From contig CBDBZY010000003.1 in NCBI GenBank assembly GCA_965213685.1, positions 160,001 through 224,000 of the forward strand: DNA of 64,000 nucleotides, given 5' to 3'. Shown piece after piece: positions 59,320-64,000 of this stretch. The notes under the pieces were generated by a model. It saw only the letters and a program-made list of their open reading frames with translations, was not told the DNA's origin and did no database searches. Position numbers and translations under genes: made by a program. The DNA is from a bacterium (GTDB lineage: Bacteria > UBA8248). The first letter of the stretch is position 1, and every line of letters starts with the position of its first letter.

Positions 59320-61401
59320 TCAGAACGTCAGCCGGACGCCCCCGAACCACTGGATGCCGGGTGCGTTGTAGTTCAGCGGGTCGTCATAGTCCGCATCGAG
59401 GAGGTTGCTCACCTTTATCTCCACCGCCAAATCTTGGAGCCTCGACCTTCCGCTTTTGTCGAACATCGAAACGCGGTCCTGGACGATGTGGAGAGAGAGG
59501 GCCAGGTCGATTTTGGTGAACCCCGGATTGTTCGTCCTCGGGGAGACGTAGGAGCCCGAGACGAAGGGCGTGAAATCGCTGTCCGGCCGTTCACTCACCT
59601 GGTTCACCCGCAGGGTGGCTTTCCACCGTTCCGGATGGTAGGCAATCGAACCGCTCCACCACCAGTTCGGACGCCGGAGAAGCTCCTCGCCTTCCACGAA
59701 ATTGGCGCCGCCCCTGCCGTCCTGATCGTCGAGGACGACGGTGTCCATGGTGTTGAAGCTCGCATGTGCCGAAAAATGGTGAAAATCGACGAGGGAGAGG
59801 GAGAATTCCGCACCCCGCATCCGCACCTTCGAGATGTTCTCGTAATTCAGGCCGTTGGGAAACGGGAGGAAGCTGTAGGCGATCAGGTCCCGCACTTCGT
59901 TTTCGTAATAGGTGGCGCTGAAGCGGAGCTTTCTGCTTCCGATGAACTGATCGAAGCCCGCCTCCCAGCTTTCCTGCTTCTCGCTCTTGAGGTTCGGGTT
60001 TCCGCGTCCGAAGACGTCGAACAGGTCAAAAAAGGCGGGGCGCTTGACCCCCTCGCCCACCGCGCCGCGCACCCGGGTGCCGGTGCGTGGAACCTGATAC
60101 GAGGCGGAAATTTTTCCGGTCGTCTCGTCTTTGCCGACGTCGAAATCATCCACGCGCACCCCGCCCGCGAGGGTGAGGCCGCCTTGAAACTGGAGTTGCT
60201 GGTGCGCGTAGAAGGACCCCGCCCGCCTCGCGTAGCTCTCTTTCTCGAAATACTTCTCCTCCTCCCACTCGAAGCCGAGCGTGGAGATGGACTGCCGCAG
60301 GCGCCGGAGGCCGAGCTGCTTCCCGGAGAGGCGGACGTTGAACTGGTTGTCGAGGGTGAGCCTCTCCTCGGAGGCTTCTCTGCGGGACGGGGAGAAGAAA
60401 GGGCGCGCGTCGTCGAGGGCGTCCGCCCTGTCTTCATACAGCGTGTCGCGCAAATACAGGGAGAGGCGGGGAACGTACTCGAGCCACGCGGCGGGCCGCA
60501 GCTGCGCGCGCGTCCCGATGAGTTGCGCCGTGTTTCTTTGGTAGGCGTTGAGCTCCCTGTCCGTGAGGGGTGCCTGAAGGCGGAAGTCGGTATTCGTCGC
60601 TCCGGAGTTCGACGTGACGTCGCGCCTGTTCCGGTTGAGGTAGTACAGAAAGCGCACTTGCGCCTTGTCCGAGAAAAAATGATCCAGCCCCACCGTGCCG
60701 ACGGTGCGGTAATACCCGTCGTTGGGGAAGCGCCCGTCCGTGTCGAGGCGGCTCAGGGTGGCCATGTATCCGCTATTTTCCGTCCCGCCCTTGAGCCGGA
60801 ACACCTCCTCATATGTCGAATGGGCGCCATGCCTGACGCTCGTCCGAAAGGTTCGGGCCTCTCCCGGCTTGCCGACGTCCGGGAGGAGGTTGACCACGCC
60901 CGCCGCCGCGTCCGAGCCGTATAGCGGGCTTTGCGGGCCCTTGAGCACCTCCGCCGAGCCGATCCACTCCGGCGAGAGGTGCGAGAAGTCATACGTGTCG
61001 CCGTTGGGAAAGGTGAGCTTGAAGCCGTCGAGCATGACGCTGGTGAAATTGTCCTCGCTGCCCCGGAGCCGAAAGGTCGCCACGCCGCCCCGGCCGCCTG
61101 ATTGCGCGAGGAGACCGCCCGTCGCCTCGACGAGGAAGTCGTTGACGTCGCCGGGGAGGATGCTCTCGATCCGCTGCAGGCTGAACACCTCCACCGAATC
61201 GGCCACGTCGCTGAGTTTTTGCGGCGTGCGCGTGGCCGTCACGGTGATGGGGTCGAGATAAATCTCCTCCGTCGAAAGGGCGCTCTGTGCATCCGCGCGG
61301 CTCCCGCCCCCCCACAGGATGAGGGCCGCCATCCACAGGATGAAAGCGCTCCGCTGGAATCTGCTGCGAGATTTTCTGGATTTTCGCGCGGGATGCTTCA
61401 T
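59320..61401 (-). CDS. btuB: TonB-dependent receptor, probable cobalamin receptor
   Basis: ITVTATR TonB box, plug RG...VMLDG...EVLKGPQSPLYGSDA, NPNLKSE, C-terminal F; cobalamin riboswitch upstream. Confidence 0.85.
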   Translation of the reverse strand: MKHPARKSRKSRSRFQRSAFILWMAALILWGGGSRADAQSALSTEEIYLDPITVTATRTPQKLSDVADSVEVFSLQRIESILPGDVNDFLVEATGGLLAQSGGRGGVATFRLRGSEDNFTSVMLDGFKLTFPNGDTYDFSHLSPEWIGSAEVLKGPQSPLYGSDAAAGVVNLLPDVGKPGEARTFRTSVRHGAHSTYEEVFRLKGGTENSGYMATLSRLDTDGRFPNDGYYRTVGTVGLDHFFSDKAQVRFLYYLNRNRRDVTSNSGATNTDFRLQAPLTDRELNAYQRNTAQLIGTRAQLRPAAWLEYVPRLSLYLRDTLYEDRADALDDARPFFSPSRREASEERLTLDNQFNVRLSGKQLGLRRLRQSISTLGFEWEEEKYFEKESYARRAGSFYAHQQLQFQGGLTLAGGVRVDDFDVGKDETTGKISASYQVPRTGTRVRGAVGEGVKRPAFFDLFDVFGRGNPNLKSEKQESWEAGFDQFIGSRKLRFSATYYENEVRDLIAYSFLPFPNGLNYENISKVRMRGAEFSLSLVDFHHFSAHASFNTMDTVVLDDQDGRGGANFVEGEELLRRPNWWWSGSIAYHPERWKATLRVNQVSERPDSDFTPFVSGSYVSPRTNNPGFTKIDLALSLHIVQDRVSMFDKSGRSRLQDLAVEIKVSNLLDADYDDPLNYNAPGIQWFGGVRLTF

Positions 61402-61470
61402 GGCGGCGCACCTCCTCGAGCGGCCCAAGCACTCGAAATGGACCCCTTGCGGGGCCTTGTGGAAGATGCC

Positions 61471-61608
61471 GCAGGCCGGTCTCCTGGCTCGCGCCGATGG
61501 CCGCCTTTCATTCCTTCCCGGGATTAAGTCCCGGTGGATTGCATGAAAAGCGCGTCGCTTACAGTTGCTGGGCAGCTCCGGTCTTTCACCGGATTCCCGA
61601 ACACCTGC
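61471..61608 (-). promoter_or_regulatory. Cobalamin riboswitch
   Basis: Minus strand GCAGGTG..GGGAATCCGGTGAAAGACCGGAGCTGCCCAGCAACTGTAA...GGGAAGG...GAGCCAGGAGACCGGCCTGC. Confidence 0.93.
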
Positions 61609-61636
61609 GGGCTGTTTTCCCGGCGGATGGTCTCCA

Positions 61637-61780
61637 CCGGTTGTCTGGCTTCCGGGTATCCCTCCTCACGACCCCTTCCTGGCGGAACGCGCCAGCGGTT
61701 TCCGTTCCCGGTTACAGGATGTGGCGGGTCCCGCACCGGCTTCCGGCCGGCTTTCTCTCGAGAGAAAGCCCCCACCTGTC
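61637..61780 (-). promoter_or_regulatory. Second, divergent cobalamin-riboswitch-like element (tandem)
   Basis: Minus strand AGGTG-hairpin-GGAAGCCGGTGCGGGACCCG-CCACATC-CTGTAA-CCGGG...CCGCTGGC..GCCAGGAAGG...CCCGG-AAGCCAGACAACCGG keeps the landmark order of the downstream copy. Confidence 0.6.
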
Positions 61781-61854
61781 ATATATGAAGAATATGACGA
61801 GCGGCAGCTGCGTTATCCGTTGTCCCGGAAATCGCCGCGCGGCAATGCGGAGGC

Positions 61855-62358
61855 TCAAACGGCCTCGTATTTGTCCCGCGTGATGGTGTCCAGGTTGATG
61901 CCCTCGATTCGGATGAGGCGCGTCTCGCCCTCCCGCCTGGGGGAGTGGAATTCCCCCACGTCGTAGGCTTTCGAGTCGCCAGGTGCGAGGTCGTAGCTCC
62001 GCACGGGCTTCACCTTGCCCGGAGCGCCTCCGCCCGGCCTTTCGATGAGCTCGTAGTCCGTCATCGTGGTGGTGCCCACCGCCTGGCCGTAGATGGCCCA
62101 GGATGCGCCGTGATCGTGCGGTGGGCTTCCGCTGCCGCCCTTGTGCACGTGGGCGAAGATGCAAAAGCCGATGTCGGGGTCCTGATACAGGAGCGTCCGG
62201 GGAGATTCATTCTCCGGCCCCAGATGCTCCTGAACGAACGCTTCGTTCACCAGTATCTTCTCCAGGTTGTCGCTCACCTGCTGCAGGCCCGCCTTGCCCG
62301 AATCGCGTTTCAGGATGTCCTGGCACTCGGCGGCGAATTTGTCGAGTATCTCCCCCAT
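61855..62358 (-). CDS. Cupin-fold (cysteine dioxygenase-like) hypothetical protein
   Basis: LLYQDP, SPPHDHGASWAIYG, FHSP; GAGGAG ribosome-binding site; TTTACA-N18-TACAAT promoter at 62400-62429. Confidence 0.7.
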   Translation of the reverse strand: MGEILDKFAAECQDILKRDSGKAGLQQVSDNLEKILVNEAFVQEHLGPENESPRTLLYQDPDIGFCIFAHVHKGGSGSPPHDHGASWAIYGQAVGTTTMTDYELIERPGGGAPGKVKPVRSYDLAPGDSKAYDVGEFHSPRREGETRLIRIEGINLDTITRDKYEAV

Positions 62359-62471
62359 GGTATGTTCTCCTCTGGGATTGAAAGAATGGATGCCTCATCA
62401 TTGTATGCGTAGCCCGTCTCCTTTGTAAATCCGGGGAGGGGGCGGGCGATCCGGCGGGTTGGACGCGGAAC

Positions 62472-63263
62472 GTGGCGGAGGCGCGGATGGATGGCGTGAA
62501 TCAGCGCAACATCGACGTCTTCACGAAGGTGGCGGCGAGTTACGGCGGCTACTTCAGCGATGCGGAGCAAAATCGCCTGGGCGGGATGGCGCGCCGGGTC
62601 GGTTTCGGCCCCGGCAAATGGCTCGTCGATTTCGGGATGGGCACGGGGACTTCGGCGCTGGCCTTTCTTCGGGCGGGGGGCCGCGTCGTGGGGGTGGAGC
62701 TCACCCCTGCGATGGCCCGGAGCGGCCAGGTGCGCCTGCGGGAATGGGGGGTTCACGCGAATGCCCACTACGTCATCGCCAACGCGCACGAACCGCCCCT
62801 GGCGGATGGAGCGGCCGACGTCGCCGTCTGCCGGCACACGTTCCATCATCTGGAGCGGCCCCGGGAGGCGTTCCGGCAAATGGCGCGCTCGACCCGACCG
62901 GACGGCCACATCATCCTTATTGACTACCACTATCCCGACGAGGCGGCCGAGCGGGAGAAAATAGAAAATCTCGACCGCATGCGGGAGCCCTCCATCACGC
63001 GCCATCTGTCCCAAAAGGAGATGGAGGCGTATTTTCGGGAGGAGGGGATTCGCGTCGAGGACCTCGTCTTGGACAGGATGGACGTGCGGTTTGACGATTG
63101 GATGGACGACGCCAAGGTGTCCGCCGACGTGTTCCCGACGCTCCGGGGCGCGTTTGAAGCGCTGCGCGACCAAGGGGGGAGCTGGTATGAGGAGAGGGGG
63201 ACGGGACGCGAATTCTCCATCACGAGAAAACGGCTGACCATCCTAGGCCGAAAGACGGCCTGA
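62472..63263 (+). CDS. Class I SAM-dependent methyltransferase
   Basis: LVDFGMGTG, VVGVELTPAM, ADVAVCRHTFHH, RPDG. Confidence 0.85.
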   Translation: MAEARMDGVNQRNIDVFTKVAASYGGYFSDAEQNRLGGMARRVGFGPGKWLVDFGMGTGTSALAFLRAGGRVVGVELTPAMARSGQVRLREWGVHANAHYVIANAHEPPLADGAADVAVCRHTFHHLERPREAFRQMARSTRPDGHIILIDYHYPDEAAEREKIENLDRMREPSITRHLSQKEMEAYFREEGIRVEDLVLDRMDVRFDDWMDDAKVSADVFPTLRGAFEALRDQGGSWYEERGTGREFSITRKRLTILGRKTA

Positions 63264-63366
63264 GCCTGCCGCCGGCCAGGGGCGCCTCCGCCCAAACCTC
63301 TTGCGGGCGCGCCGCCGCGCTAGCACAGGCGCCGCTCACGGGGCGGCCTCTCCCTGGAGGGAGGGG

Positions 63367-64000
63367 TCAGAAAGCGGGGCGGGGGGCGGCGTCACGTTCC
63401 GTCGCGCGTCGGCGGCCGTGCGCCGGATGGCACATTCGCCTGAGCCGCATGACCGCGCTGTCGGGGCTGCTGAGAACCCTGGAACCCAGCCGGCGGGCTA
63501 CCCGCTCCCGCGCTTGGGCCATGGAGAATTGGGCGAGCAGGGTGACGTCGGCGTCGGGGCGGGCGGCGGCCGCCTCCGCGATGAGCGCATTGTGGGCGTC
63601 CGCGTCTCCCGCGCGCAGGGCGTCGAGGGCACCCTCCACGAATGATGCTCCGATGCGCACCTCTACGCTGTTTCGCACCGCCAGTGCTTCCAGCTCTTTT
63701 CGCATGGATGGAATGGAGGGCCGGAAGGTGGAGAGGATGTGGATGCGCCCCCCGGCGGACACCGCCTCGTCGAGCATCGCCTGGTTTGGCTTCAGCACGG
63801 GGAGTGCGAGCCTCTTCTGAACGGCTTCAATCGCCTCGCCGAAGGCGGAGCACGAAAAGAGGATGCCCTCCGCCCCTCCTTGGCGCGCGAAGTCCGCGAG
63901 TCGGCCCACGCGCCGGAAGAGGGCGGGCGTGAGGCGTCCGGCCGCATCCAAATCGCGGGCGAGGGACTCGTCGAGCAGCTGGAAGGTCTCGGCGTCCGGC
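63367..64000 (-). CDS. Asp/Glu/hydantoin racemase-like protein (5' end outside window)
   Basis: LLDESL, GILFSCSAFG, PVLKP, LAQFSMA, SSPDSAV. Confidence 0.78.
   Translation of the reverse strand, partial: PDAETFQLLDESLARDLDAAGRLTPALFRRVGRLADFARQGGAEGILFSCSAFGEAIEAVQKRLALPVLKPNQAMLDEAVSAGGRIHILSTFRPSIPSMRKELEALAVRNSVEVRIGASFVEGALDALRAGDADAHNALIAEAAAARPDADVTLLAQFSMAQARERVARRLGSRVLSSPDSAVMRLRRMCHPAHGRRRATERDAAPRPAF

Noticed and set aside
63367-64000. Racemase-like protein with Gln in place of the second catalytic Cys as a novelty
   Set aside because: LAQFSMA-type variants are a common subfamily, and the gene is truncated by the window edge.
1-64000. CRISPR arrays, IS elements, rRNA, prophage structural genes
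   Set aside because: No regularly spaced direct repeats, transposase or integrase motifs, rRNA-like segments or virion genes were seen.

Overview
High-GC bacterial chromosomal window of mostly catabolic and transport genes. It holds 2 TAXI-TRAP systems, a Liv-type ABC system, 3 LLM oxidoreductases, 2 UbiD decarboxylases, tandem Gfo/Idh/MocA and tandem cysteine-synthase-family paralogs, a CoA-transferase, a three-subunit molybdenum hydroxylase, a GDSL autotransporter, tRNA-Ala(GGC) and a riboswitch-led B12-uptake operon. The main signal the ORF track misses is two AhpD/CMD-family genes (4396-5058 minus; 44678-45482 plus), each split by an in-frame TGA at the second position of the CxxC motif (CAY-U-LAH, CGY-U-IDSH). 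Each TGA is followed about 20 nt later by a hairpin with a GGTC apical loop, so both are probable selenoproteins. One overlaps an amidohydrolase gene and the other sits just upstream of the Mo-hydroxylase genes. Also found: a second, divergent cobalamin-riboswitch-like element in tandem with a canonical one, a small phage-like DUF488 islet ending in a tRNA-like fragment, and a probable leaderless ubiD transcript. Many genes carry +1 insertions in homopolymer runs, most likely long-read sequencing errors. All product calls come from motif recognition by eye; no database searches were run.
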